Origin: a virus
Lineage: Duplodnaviria > Caudoviricetes
Length of the DNA stretch: 63,560 bases
Strand: one strand, 5' to 3'
Virus record (IMG/VR): IMGVR_UViG_3300030382_003361
Location: 1-63,560 of that record
Every line of letters starts with the position of its first letter. Positions within the stretch are counted from its first letter, which is position 1. The position numbers were made by a program, and so were the translations under genes. A model generated the notes under the pieces. That model saw nothing but the letters and a program-made list of their open reading frames with translations, was not told the DNA's origin and ran no database searches. Positions 36,137 through 46,000 of this stretch are shown here, in pieces.

Positions 36137-37312
36137 ATGGAAAATAAAATTACAGTAAAAGACTTAGGACAAGTCGAAGAAAAGTCCAAAGCGCAAGTAG
36201 AGGAAGAGTTGTTAAAAAAACATGAAGAAGAAGAAGTACAAGCGCAAACCAGTGAAGCTGGAGTGGAAAGAGTTAACTTGGAGCAGTCTAATAGAAGCCC
36301 TGAGAGTTCCTCTTCCTCACCGGAACAAGAAAGTGTACCGGAGGAAAGTAAAACACAAGAAAAAACTCCCTCCTCAGAGTTAAATGAGGAAAACGTTCTT
36401 TCGTATATTAAACAAAGATATGATAAAGATATATCGTCAGTAGAAGAATTATGGGCTCAACAAGAGTCTAATGAAGACCTCCCTGAAGATGTGTCGGCAT
36501 ATTTTAAATATAAAAAAGAAACGGGACGCGGTATTGAAGATTATGTGCGATTACAAAAAAATTACACAGAAATGGACGACGACGCGGTGTTAACTGATTA
36601 CTATACGGCTACCGAAGATGGGTTAGACGCTATAGATATTCAAGATGTCATGGAGGATAAATTTGGAGTGGATGAAGACTTAGATGATCCAAAAGATATT
36701 AAGAAGAGAAGGTTAGCGAAAAAAAGAGAACTTTCAAAGGCGAAGAAGTTTTTTGAAAAGCAAAAGGAACAATATAAAATTCCGCTTGAGTCAAGAGGGG
36801 ATGGGTTGTCCAAAGAACAAGAAGATGCTTTTAAGTCGTATAAAAGTTATGTTGAGGAGTCTAAAACTACCGAAGACGCGAGAAAAAAAAGGTATGATTG
36901 GTTTCTTACTAAAACCAATGAGGTTTTTAACGATGAGTTCAAAGGTTTTGAGTTCAATATCGGAGAAAAAAGTTTTACCTTTAAACCTGGTGACGCTAAG
37001 GAGTTAAAAAGTCGCCAGTCTGATGTCAATACATTTGTAAATAAATATATGGACCAAGAGACTGGAATGATGAAGGATGCACAAGGATATCACCGAGCAA
37101 TAGCTATGGCGATGAACCCTGAGAAATTTGCAAAATTCTTCTACGACCAAGGGGTGGCAACGACAGTAGATGATGTGGCGAGAAAATCGAAAAACATCAC
37201 TATGGATCGTCAAACTCCACAAACTTTTAGTAAAGACGGGTTGAAGATTAGATCAGTCGGAGATTCAAGTAGTGGAAGAGGACTCAAAATTAGAAGTATT
37301 AAAAAAAGTTAA
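36137..37312 (+). CDS. Putative capsid scaffolding protein (start revised to ATG 36137)
   Basis: Acidic, helical, between portal and MCP; the track start at 36107 lies upstream of the promoter box. Confidence 0.7.
   Translation: MENKITVKDLGQVEEKSKAQVEEELLKKHEEEEVQAQTSEAGVERVNLEQSNRSPESSSSSPEQESVPEESKTQEKTPSSELNEENVLSYIKQRYDKDISSVEELWAQQESNEDLPEDVSAYFKYKKETGRGIEDYVRLQKNYTEMDDDAVLTDYYTATEDGLDAIDIQDVMEDKFGVDEDLDDPKDIKKRRLAKKRELSKAKKFFEKQKEQYKIPLESRGDGLSKEQEDAFKSYKSYVEESKTTEDARKKRYDWFLTKTNEVFNDEFKGFEFNIGEKSFTFKPGDAKELKSRQSDVNTFVNKYMDQETGMMKDAQGYHRAIAMAMNPEKFAKFFYDQGVATTVDDVARKSKNITMDRQTPQTFSKDGLKIRSVGDSSSGRGLKIRSIKKS
36222..36383 (+). CDS. Nested +1-frame 53-aa basic protein with ArfA-like motif
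   Basis: MKKKKYKRKPVKLEWKELTWSSLIEALRVPLPHRNKKVYRRKVKHKKKLPPQS; A-rich leader. Confidence 0.6.
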   Translation: MKKKKYKRKPVKLEWKELTWSSLIEALRVPLPHRNKKVYRRKVKHKKKLPPQS

Positions 37313-37333
37313 TAATTAAAAAAATTAGAAATT

Positions 37334-38746
37334 ATGCCAGTAAATGCAACCCCCGGGTATGATTTGCAACCCAGTGCGGAGCGAGTAGCTTTAGCAACAA
37401 ACTATATAACTAACTTTGATTTCTTGAATCAGTATCTTCCAGATACTTATGAAAAGGAATTTGAGCGTTATGGCAATCGAACAGTCGCTTCATTCTTACG
37501 AATGGTAGGCGCAGAAATGCCTTCTAACTCAGACATGATTACGTGGGCTGAGCAAGGAAGGTTACACACTAAGTATACAAACTGTACATCAGCAGGAGCA
37601 GCAGCAGCCAATACTGCAACATGGACAGTGAATGATGTTTTAGTTCCAGGTACAGGTACTATAGCAATTAGAGTAGGACAAACTGTATTATTATCAGATA
37701 ACACAGCAGGTTCTAATTTATCTAATAAAGCTATTGTAACTGCAGTAACACCAGCAGCAGGCACTTTTACAGTTGCTTATTATGAAGCAGCAGGACAAGG
37801 CGTAGCTTTAGGTGTAGTAAGTAGTGTTATGATTTATGGTTCTGAATTTGCGAAAGGACAAGCAGGAATGACTGACTCCTTAGAATCAGACGATGTATTC
37901 TTTCAAAATTCTCCAATTATCATAAAAGATACTTATGAAGTAAGTGGTTCTGATATGGCTCAAATTGGTTGGGTAGAAATCTCAACTGAAGATGGCGGAT
38001 CAGGATATCTTTGGTATCTCAAATCAGAGCATGAAACAAGACTTCGTTTTGAAGATTATCTTGAAACTGCAATGATTGAAGCAGTTCCTGCAGAAGCAGC
38101 CTCAGGTGCAATAGCAGCTGTAGCTCCTGTTGGAAACAAAGGTTCTGAAGGTGTCTTTTATGTAGTAGGTAACAGAGGAAATGTTTATGGTGGTGGTAAC
38201 CCAACTACCTTAGCAGATTTTGATGCTGTTATTCAGAGACTTGACAAGCAAGGCTCTATTGAAGAAAATGTAATCTTTTGTGACAGACAATTCTCATTTG
38301 ATATTGACGATATGTTAGCTGCCCAAAACTCTTATGGAGCGGGTGGTACTTCGTATGGTCTTTTCGATAATGATGAGGATATGGCTCTCAACTTAGGTTT
38401 CACTGGATTCCGTAGAGGTTATGACTTTTACAAGTCTGACTGGAAATACCTTAACGATGCTACTATGAGAGGTGGTTTAGTAGGTGGGGCAATCAACGGA
38501 CTTTTAGTTCCTGCGGGCTCAACTACGGTTTATGACCAAATCTTAGGTAAAAACGCTAAGAGACCTTTCCTTCATGTAAGATATAGAGCTTCTGAAACTG
38601 AAGACAGACGTTATAAAACTTGGATCACTGGTTCTGCTGGTGGCGCAAGAACATCTTCTTTAGATGCAATGACAGTGAATTTCTTATCTGAAAGAGCATG
38701 TTGTACATTAGGTGCAAACAACTTCTTCTTATTCCAAGACGCATAA
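37334..38746 (+). CDS. Major capsid protein
   Basis: 470 aa after scaffold, followed by a strong terminator; QYLPD.YEKEFERYG, W.EQGRLH. Confidence 0.85.
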   Translation: MPVNATPGYDLQPSAERVALATNYITNFDFLNQYLPDTYEKEFERYGNRTVASFLRMVGAEMPSNSDMITWAEQGRLHTKYTNCTSAGAAAANTATWTVNDVLVPGTGTIAIRVGQTVLLSDNTAGSNLSNKAIVTAVTPAAGTFTVAYYEAAGQGVALGVVSSVMIYGSEFAKGQAGMTDSLESDDVFFQNSPIIIKDTYEVSGSDMAQIGWVEISTEDGGSGYLWYLKSEHETRLRFEDYLETAMIEAVPAEAASGAIAAVAPVGNKGSEGVFYVVGNRGNVYGGGNPTTLADFDAVIQRLDKQGSIEENVIFCDRQFSFDIDDMLAAQNSYGAGGTSYGLFDNDEDMALNLGFTGFRRGYDFYKSDWKYLNDATMRGGLVGGAINGLLVPAGSTTVYDQILGKNAKRPFLHVRYRASETEDRRYKTWITGSAGGARTSSLDAMTVNFLSERACCTLGANNFFLFQDA

Positions 38747-38759
38747 GAAGATTAATCAT

Positions 38760-38792
38760 AAGGGGAGGACTAACCTCCTCCCCTTTTTTTTT
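38760..38792 (+). terminator. Intrinsic terminator
   Basis: GGGGAGGA/TCCTCCCC plus T run. Confidence 0.85.
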
Positions 38793-38815
38793 AACTTAAA
38801 TTAAATTATACTAAA

Positions 38816-39607
38816 ATGGAAAATACACAAACAAAAAAAGTTGCGATTAAAAAAAAGAAAGCGTTAATCGCAAAAACTTACCGCTTAACAAGAAATGCAG
38901 CTCCTATCTGTTACATGCTTTCTTCCCACAATACTAAACGATCTCCTTTACAATATTTTGATGACCAAACGGGTGTAAACCGATCTCTTCGTTATGCAAG
39001 AAATCAAAAAAGCCCATTTGAAGATGAGCAAGATGGAAATGCTATTTTAGAGCCTATTATTTTTGAGGATGGGCTTCTGCATGTTCCTAAAACAAATCAG
39101 GTGCTACAAGAATTTTTATATTATCATCCGTCTAACGGAATGGTATTTGAAGAGGTTGACAAAAGCAAAGAAGCAGCAGAGGAATTAGAGATGGAAGATG
39201 TGGTTTTAGACGCTCAGGTAATTGCCAGAGATTTAACAGTAGACAAATTATCTACACTCTGCCGCGTGTTAATGGGAGCAGCAACCGATAAACTTACTAC
39301 GACTGAACTAAAAAGAGATATATTGGTTTTTGCTCGTACTAATCCTATAGATTTTTTAGATGCTTTAGATGACCCAATGTTAGAGGTTCAAGACAATGTA
39401 GTTCAGTTTTTTAGTAACAGTATATTGTCTCTTAGAAATAAACAAAGAGATGTTTATTTTAATCTTCCTAAAAACAAAAAGAAAATGTTGACTGTTCCTT
39501 TTGGGGAAGACCCTGCTGATATTGTGGCTTCTTATATGCAAACCGATGAAGGTATAGAAACTTATAAAGTGCTACTTAAGGCCTTAAAAAAAGATAAAAA
39601 AGATTAA
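38816..39607 (+). CDS. Conserved-type protein downstream of MCP
   Basis: LRYARNQKSPF.DEQ, FEDG.L.V. Confidence 0.75.
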   Translation: MENTQTKKVAIKKKKALIAKTYRLTRNAAPICYMLSSHNTKRSPLQYFDDQTGVNRSLRYARNQKSPFEDEQDGNAILEPIIFEDGLLHVPKTNQVLQEFLYYHPSNGMVFEEVDKSKEAAEELEMEDVVLDAQVIARDLTVDKLSTLCRVLMGAATDKLTTTELKRDILVFARTNPIDFLDALDDPMLEVQDNVVQFFSNSILSLRNKQRDVYFNLPKNKKKMLTVPFGEDPADIVASYMQTDEGIETYKVLLKALKKDKKD

Positions 39608-39654
39608 CTATCTTTGCGTAGTTATTTTTTATTAACCCATTAAAATTTTTTATT

Positions 39655-39930
39655 ATGGACAAATTTATAAGTGTGCCTGTAACGGGCGAAACAAATTTCT
39701 TGGTTAGCGTCTCTGATGTAATCGCTATTACAAGAACAAGTACCACTGAAAACAAAATTACATACAACAGTGGAAATACAGCAACTATTACATCAGGAAC
39801 GGAAGTAGCTGTAAATGATTTTAGAGATGCTTTACAAAACGCTATGGTATTAGCTCTGGAGACCTCATGGACTAACGTTGTATTCACGTTTGTTCCTCCA
39901 ACAGCCGTATCTGGAATAGTAATAGCCTAA
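39655..39930 (+). CDS. Small putative capsid accessory protein
   Basis: -7 box at 39609-39616; MDKFISVPV N-terminus. Confidence 0.65.
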   Translation: MDKFISVPVTGETNFLVSVSDVIAITRTSTTENKITYNSGNTATITSGTEVAVNDFRDALQNAMVLALETSWTNVVFTFVPPTAVSGIVIA

Positions 39931-39934
39931 GGTT

Positions 39935-40732
39935 ATGGGAAAGTATATTAGTGTTCCTGTAAAAATGTACGCTGGCTCAACTGCAACGAATACGGCAGCG
40001 GTAGACAGCGGCACAACCAGTGCGGCAACAAGCGATAAATTAACGGAAGCCGGACAAAACTTTGTGACTACAGTCACTGTAGGAGATTATGCGGTAATTA
40101 CTACCGGTATTGCTGGATTTCCAGTCCGATCTTATTCGGTTATTACAGCTGTCGACTCTGACACTGTATTAAGTTTAGGAGTAGGAAATGGAACAACAGC
40201 AGGAGTAGGAGGTTTAGCAGCAAGCGGAACAGCCTATTCTATTATCAAATCCGCAGATATTAATTATTGTGTACTTTCAGGAGGAACTTTCAATTCGAAT
40301 GTTAAACCTGGAGACATGGTTTGTAACGAAGCTACTAACCTTAACTATCGAGTTACTAATGTTTCTGTAGACGGAACAACTCTAACTTTAGATACTAAAG
40401 GAGCTGTAATCGTTGGTGATGATTTCTTTCTCTTATCCGAAAGAAGCGAGTCTGGTAACCAAAAAGTGATGTTAGATAAAGTTATGGAACTAAGAGGTAA
40501 TGCTTCTGATGGTGAGGTAACTTTTCACTATAAAAAAGGCGCTGCAGGTAATGACAAATTAGTTATTGCTATGGGAGATGCTGTTAGTGATGATGCTTAC
40601 TTTGGAGATTTCTATAAGGTCTGTCAAACAGCTTGGGAATCTCAATGGCAAAATGTTTGCGTACAAATGCCTATCGTTTCTTCCAGCGGAACACAAACGG
40701 TACAGTGGGCAGCAAGTTTTACTTGGTCGTAA
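39935..40732 (+). CDS. Putative capsid accessory protein with beta modules
   Basis: MGKYISVPV N-terminus similar to upstream gene. Confidence 0.65.
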   Translation: MGKYISVPVKMYAGSTATNTAAVDSGTTSAATSDKLTEAGQNFVTTVTVGDYAVITTGIAGFPVRSYSVITAVDSDTVLSLGVGNGTTAGVGGLAASGTAYSIIKSADINYCVLSGGTFNSNVKPGDMVCNEATNLNYRVTNVSVDGTTLTLDTKGAVIVGDDFFLLSERSESGNQKVMLDKVMELRGNASDGEVTFHYKKGAAGNDKLVIAMGDAVSDDAYFGDFYKVCQTAWESQWQNVCVQMPIVSSSGTQTVQWAASFTWS

Positions 40733-40755
40733 ACCTATACCTGTTATATTAATAA

Positions 40756-40786
40756 AGAAGAGGGTAATTTTACCCTCTTTTTTTTT
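40756..40786 (+). terminator. Intrinsic terminator abutting a -7 box (40790-40797)
   Basis: AAGAGGGTAA/TTACCCTCTT plus T run. Confidence 0.8.
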
Positions 40787-40801
40787 CCTTATCTTTGTAG
40801 T

Positions 40802-41110
40802 ATGAATAAATATCTAAGCGTTTTTCTCGTCGATTTTGGAACAAGAAGCATGTATAGTGTAGATGACATAATCGGGGTAACGATGCCTGCTAATAACGAA
40901 GTAGCCTTATGGTATCAGGGAGGCATGACACTAACCTTTACTCTAAGTGGTACTTTTGCCGGCGACAATAATGCGCCTGTAGATTACATATCAGACGTAA
41001 TCGCAACCGCGGTAGCGGGCGAGAATACATTAGAAGAAGAGTTAGTAGGAATAACGGATTTAAGTGGAAATGCTACTCAAATTCTTTCCGTAGCAATAGC
41101 AACCGCCTAA
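40802..41110 (+). CDS. Small acidic protein, possible third paralog
   Basis: MNKYLSV start; ATG 4 nt after TATCTTTG. Confidence 0.65.
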   Translation: MNKYLSVFLVDFGTRSMYSVDDIIGVTMPANNEVALWYQGGMTLTFTLSGTFAGDNNAPVDYISDVIATAVAGENTLEEELVGITDLSGNATQILSVAIATA

Positions 41111-41168
41111 GGTTGTAAAAAAAACCCTCCTTCTTTTTTTGTTATCTTTGTAAAAACATTTTCGAGTT

Positions 41169-42119
41169 ATGCCAGCATCAATAAATGAAGTGCGAAATAC
41201 AGTATTAGCAATAGCTAATAAGAATAACTATGGGTATATTTCTCCTCAAGATTTTAACCTGTACGCTCAACAAGCGCAGTTAGATATATTTGAAGATTAT
41301 TTCTATTCTTATAATAATTGGGTTAATAAACAAAACCAGCGTCTGTCCGGCACAGGATATGCGGATATTATTAAAGGGTTAGAAGAAGTTATTGATTCGT
41401 TTTCAGTACAATTGGTGTTAACGCAAAATAACGCTAATGTCTATGATTTACCTTTAGATTATTATTTAGTCAATAAATTATTTTACTATCCCGATATTTT
41501 ATTTACCGGGACAGCTACAGCCACTTCTGCTAATCAATTAGTAGATGCGGCAGCGGTAGGATGGACAACTATTCCTGCGGGATCTCCCACTCCTCGTATT
41601 GGAAGCATTGTCTTTAATACCACCACTTTAAATAATGCTTTTATAACGGGAGTAGTTAACACTACCACTGTTAATTTAAGCGCTAACATTATGACGATTG
41701 GAGATACTTATAATATTTATTCTCATACAAATATCAAGGAGGTAGAAAGAGTTAGTCAAAATAAAATATTTTATTTAACTAACTCTCAATTAACGGCGCC
41801 GACACAATCCTATCCGGCGTACGTGTTGGACGGTAATTCAGTTACTATCTATCCTTCTACTATTTTAAATGCCGGAGATATTCATATTCAATATGCTCGC
41901 TATCCTTTAGCTCCAGCATGGACGTGGAATACGTTAGTAGGGGGAGAACCGATATTTGATGCTACTCAACCTGGATTTCAAGAGTTTGAATTACCTGAGG
42001 CAGACGAGCCGGCATTAATTGCTAAAATCTGTCAATATGTAGGCATAGAAATTAGAGAGCCAGATGTGTATAAATTCGGACAACAAGACGAAGTTACTGA
42101 TAACCAAGAAACCAATTAA
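41169..42119 (+). CDS. Head-tail adaptor/ring protein
   Basis: NKNNYGYISPQDFNLYAQQAQ; -7 box at 41143-41150. Confidence 0.65.
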   Translation: MPASINEVRNTVLAIANKNNYGYISPQDFNLYAQQAQLDIFEDYFYSYNNWVNKQNQRLSGTGYADIIKGLEEVIDSFSVQLVLTQNNANVYDLPLDYYLVNKLFYYPDILFTGTATATSANQLVDAAAVGWTTIPAGSPTPRIGSIVFNTTTLNNAFITGVVNTTTVNLSANIMTIGDTYNIYSHTNIKEVERVSQNKIFYLTNSQLTAPTQSYPAYVLDGNSVTIYPSTILNAGDIHIQYARYPLAPAWTWNTLVGGEPIFDATQPGFQEFELPEADEPALIAKICQYVGIEIREPDVYKFGQQDEVTDNQETN

Positions 42120-42121
42120 TT

Positions 42122-43045
42122 ATGACTTATATTACCGATTACCAATATTATGAAAATAGTCAGACTGTCCCTCTCGACGCGAATTGGGGCTCCTATCAAT
42201 ATGTTACTTTAGATGATATAGTGAATAATTTTATGTTAATGTACCAAGGGAATACCGAATTGATCGGTCATGTAAATAGATATCAAGTTTTATTTCACGC
42301 AAAAAGAGGGATTCAAGAACTGAATTACGATGCGATGAAAGAAATTAAAATTTTAGAATTACAAATTTGCGATGATTTACGATTTATTCTTCCTCAAGAT
42401 TATGTAAATTGGATAAGAGTCTCTCTCCATAAAGACGGCGTTTTAATGCCTATGGTGGAAAATATCCAGACTAACTGGAGCGGAGCTTATCTCCAAGACC
42501 ATGATTGTCGAATTTTATTTGACATAGACGGTAATGTGTTAAAACCATCTGATTCTTATTTAGATATTGAAAGACTTGAAAATACTAAAAAAAGTATATA
42601 TCTGAATCAGAATAGCCCTTATAATAATTCATGGGGATGGAATGTAGATGGTTGTTGGTATTTTGATTACGGAATTGGACAGCGTTTTGGATTAAACACC
42701 GAAACAGCTAACATTAACCCTACTTTTAGTATAAACAAAAAAGGAGGGGTAATTAATTTTAGTTCTGGATTAGGAGGAAAATTAGTGGTATTAGAATATG
42801 TTTCTGATGGGATGGAAAACGGAAACGACGGAAGTGTAAGTGTCAATAAATTATTCGAAGAATTTATATATGCCTATATTAAATTTTCTATTTTGAATGG
42901 CAGATTTGGGGTACAAGAATATGTAATTAATCGCTCACGAAAAGACAAGTCATCTTTGCTTCGGAATGCGAAATTAAGATTAAGTAATATACACCCTGGT
43001 CGATTATTAATGAACTTAAGAGGCCAGAATAAATGGATAAAATAA
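42122..43045 (+). CDS. Tail tubular/ring protein
   Basis: KRGIQELNYD, LPQDYVN; position before nozzle. Confidence 0.6.
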   Translation: MTYITDYQYYENSQTVPLDANWGSYQYVTLDDIVNNFMLMYQGNTELIGHVNRYQVLFHAKRGIQELNYDAMKEIKILELQICDDLRFILPQDYVNWIRVSLHKDGVLMPMVENIQTNWSGAYLQDHDCRILFDIDGNVLKPSDSYLDIERLENTKKSIYLNQNSPYNNSWGWNVDGCWYFDYGIGQRFGLNTETANINPTFSINKKGGVINFSSGLGGKLVVLEYVSDGMENGNDGSVSVNKLFEEFIYAYIKFSILNGRFGVQEYVINRSRKDKSSLLRNAKLRLSNIHPGRLLMNLRGQNKWIK

Positions 43046-43046
43046 T

Positions 43047-46000
43047 ATGGATGTTAGTGTAGACTTTAGGTTAGGTAAAATGAACAAGAGCGTGGACGAG
43101 AGATTAGTCCCGCAGGGTCAATATATAGACGCGTTAAATGTTCGTTTAGGCTCTACTGAACTGACTGAAGTAGGGGCAGTAGAAAACTCTATGGGTAATA
43201 CCCAGCTGTCCTTTTTAGAATACAATAATCTACCTTTAGGAGACGCGCGCTGTATAGGAGCCTATGAAGACGGAATGGAGGAAACCATCTATTGGTTTGT
43301 GCATGACGATAACAATCCTTCTTCTCCCACCGGTAAAGTTGATTTAATAGTATCTTTTGAAGCTAATATAAATGTCCTCACTTATCATGTAGTTAGTACA
43401 GAGGTTTTAAATTTTGATTGGGATTATTTGATGACTGCCGTGGATAAGATTGAGAATCTGTTATTTTTTAGCGATGACTTAAACCCTCCTCGGGTAATTA
43501 ATGTTACCAGGAATTATAACGATGAATCTCATCCCACTTTTCCTTTACAAGAACAAGATGTAGGAGTAATTGTAAAAGTCCCAGGATTTGAAGATTCGAC
43601 CGCTACCTATGACCCATTACCAGCTCCTTTTATGACAATGTTAGATTTGCCTGGGCAAGAGAATTATATGAAAGATAGATTTCTCTCTTTTGCCTACCGA
43701 TACCGGTATGAAGACGGTCAATATAGCGCTACTTCTGTCTTTACTAATCCTGCTTTTCAGCCAGGTTCTTTTCGGTTCGATATAAGTAATTTTAATAATG
43801 CTTCTATGCAAAATAGGTATAATGGAGCAGATATCACTTTCTGCACTGGTTCACAGCGGGTAGTAGAAGTAGATTTACTTTACAAACAAACAACTTCCAA
43901 TGTTATTTATGTAATAGAAAGGTTTAATAAGCAAGATCTTGGATGGGCAAACAATAACTACGAAACTGTTCAATTCACAAATAGTAAAATATATACGACG
44001 TTAGGCTCAGATGAGCTGCTAAGATTATATGATAATGTGCCTCGTATCGCTAAAGCCTCTACTATCCAAGGGAATAGGCTGATGTATGGTAATTATGTGG
44101 ATGGATATGATGTGACTCTTACAGAAGGAGGGCAAAATATAGCTATGAATTATAATACTCAGTGGGTGTACAAGCAAATCGCTGGAGAGTCTTTAGCTCT
44201 TCCAGTTACCACTACAGGAACACCTTATACTATCGACCCTACTAATACAGTAAATGTCCCAGATTGTGTGATTCAATTTGATTTATCAGGGGCTAATCCT
44301 ACTTCAGGACCTTTAGCTGCAGGAACTACTTTTAATTTTACTACGACGATAATGCACCATTCTACAACGGTGAACGGAGGGAATAGTGTAAATGCTTCGT
44401 GGCAAAATTCTTCTCCGTTTTCAGTAAATTGGAGCTTTACCTGTACCACTCAATATGCAGATGTAGACGCTATGTGTGCGTCGATAGATTTTCAAGACAA
44501 AATTGGTTCACTGCCGGGGCTGTTTCAAGAAGTATTTCCTATTAACTATTCCGCTTTTGGAGGAACAGTGACTGATAAATTTAATTCGAGAATCCAAGCT
44601 CCCTCAGGAACACAATGCGAGTTTGTTAATAGTTCGATTACAGGGGTATGTCCTAATCCGATTGTTCCATGGCCTTATACTCCCACTTTATTATATTCTG
44701 GGACTGTAACAAATATAGTAGCTAATACCTTAGAAGATAATACGCAGACTTTTACCCCTCCTACCGATCCGGCTATTGGTAGTGTTGTGACCAATACAGA
44801 TACAGGAGTGACAGCAACAGTGGTAAGCGTAGATAGTGCTACCGTTCTAACTTTATCTGCAGATATTTTTACCGCCGCTATCGTTCCTCCCGCTCCGGGG
44901 GAAGCCTATAAGATTGAAACTCCAGCAGCAGCCGCACCTTGTGTTCAACAAGGATTTACTTATTCAACTATACCGGGTGGATTTCAACTACAAGTAATAG
45001 CCTGTGAGTATTATTTTGATGACGGTTTAGCGAATCCTGATAGTATTAGTATTATGTATGAGTACTTTTATTTTGAAGCTTTCTCCAGTCAAGCAGGGTA
45101 TTTTAGCACCCCTAATACATTAAGCCTGCACAGTAATAGAGATTTTGAAACAGGGGTAGTGTATATGGACGATTATGGGAGAGCTTCTACGGTATTAGTA
45201 AGTAATGATAATACCATGTTTGTTCCTCCATTAGCTTCCGTTTATAAAAACAGAATTAAAGTAACTTTATTTAACCTTCCGCCTTATTGGGCGACGAAAT
45301 ATAAATTTGTAGTAAAACCAAGTCAAGGAGGGTATTTTACGGTATATACTTTCCTTATGTACGTGCAAGAAGATGGAAGTATGGGAGATGAGCCTTCAAC
45401 CGTATGGTTTAGATTAGAAGGAGATAATACTAATATATTAAAAGTAGGAGACGAATTAATTGTTAAAATGGACACGGGTGGCCCGATGAATACAGAAATA
45501 ACAACCACTGTATTAGAGATAAAAGCTTTTTCAAAAGGAGAAATTTCGGGAGGAAGTTTGCCGGGCCTTTATATGGCGTTAAAACCCCAAGGATTTACTA
45601 CTGAACTTGGGCCAGATGCGGTAATAAATAACGGATCAAAAAGTAGAGATTCTAATGATACTGGAGATTGTGATGATGGTAGAATTACTGATTATAGTTT
45701 AAACCTTATTTCTGACCCTTCTACTGCTTATTCTCTTCCTGCCGGCTCAACTATTAGAATTAAAATAGATAATTGGAGGGGAGGAGGAGGAGGAAGTTGT
45801 GATAGTAAAAGTGTTTCGTATGATGAGAATTTTACTTCTACGGCAGATTATCCGGATTTTTATACTTGGGCAATAGGAGATAGTTTAGCAAGCAAAATGA
45901 CTACGGCTAACGCATCAGTACACGAAATGGGTATTTCTTTTAACCCTATCAGCACAACCAGTAGTACTACTCCTGGAGGAGTGTCCTGTTTTAACACCAC

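Noticed and set aside
36753-37007. 84-aa +1-frame ORF in the scaffold gene as another nested gene
   Set aside because: TTG start, no recognisable motif, overlies a structured part; much weaker than 36222-36383
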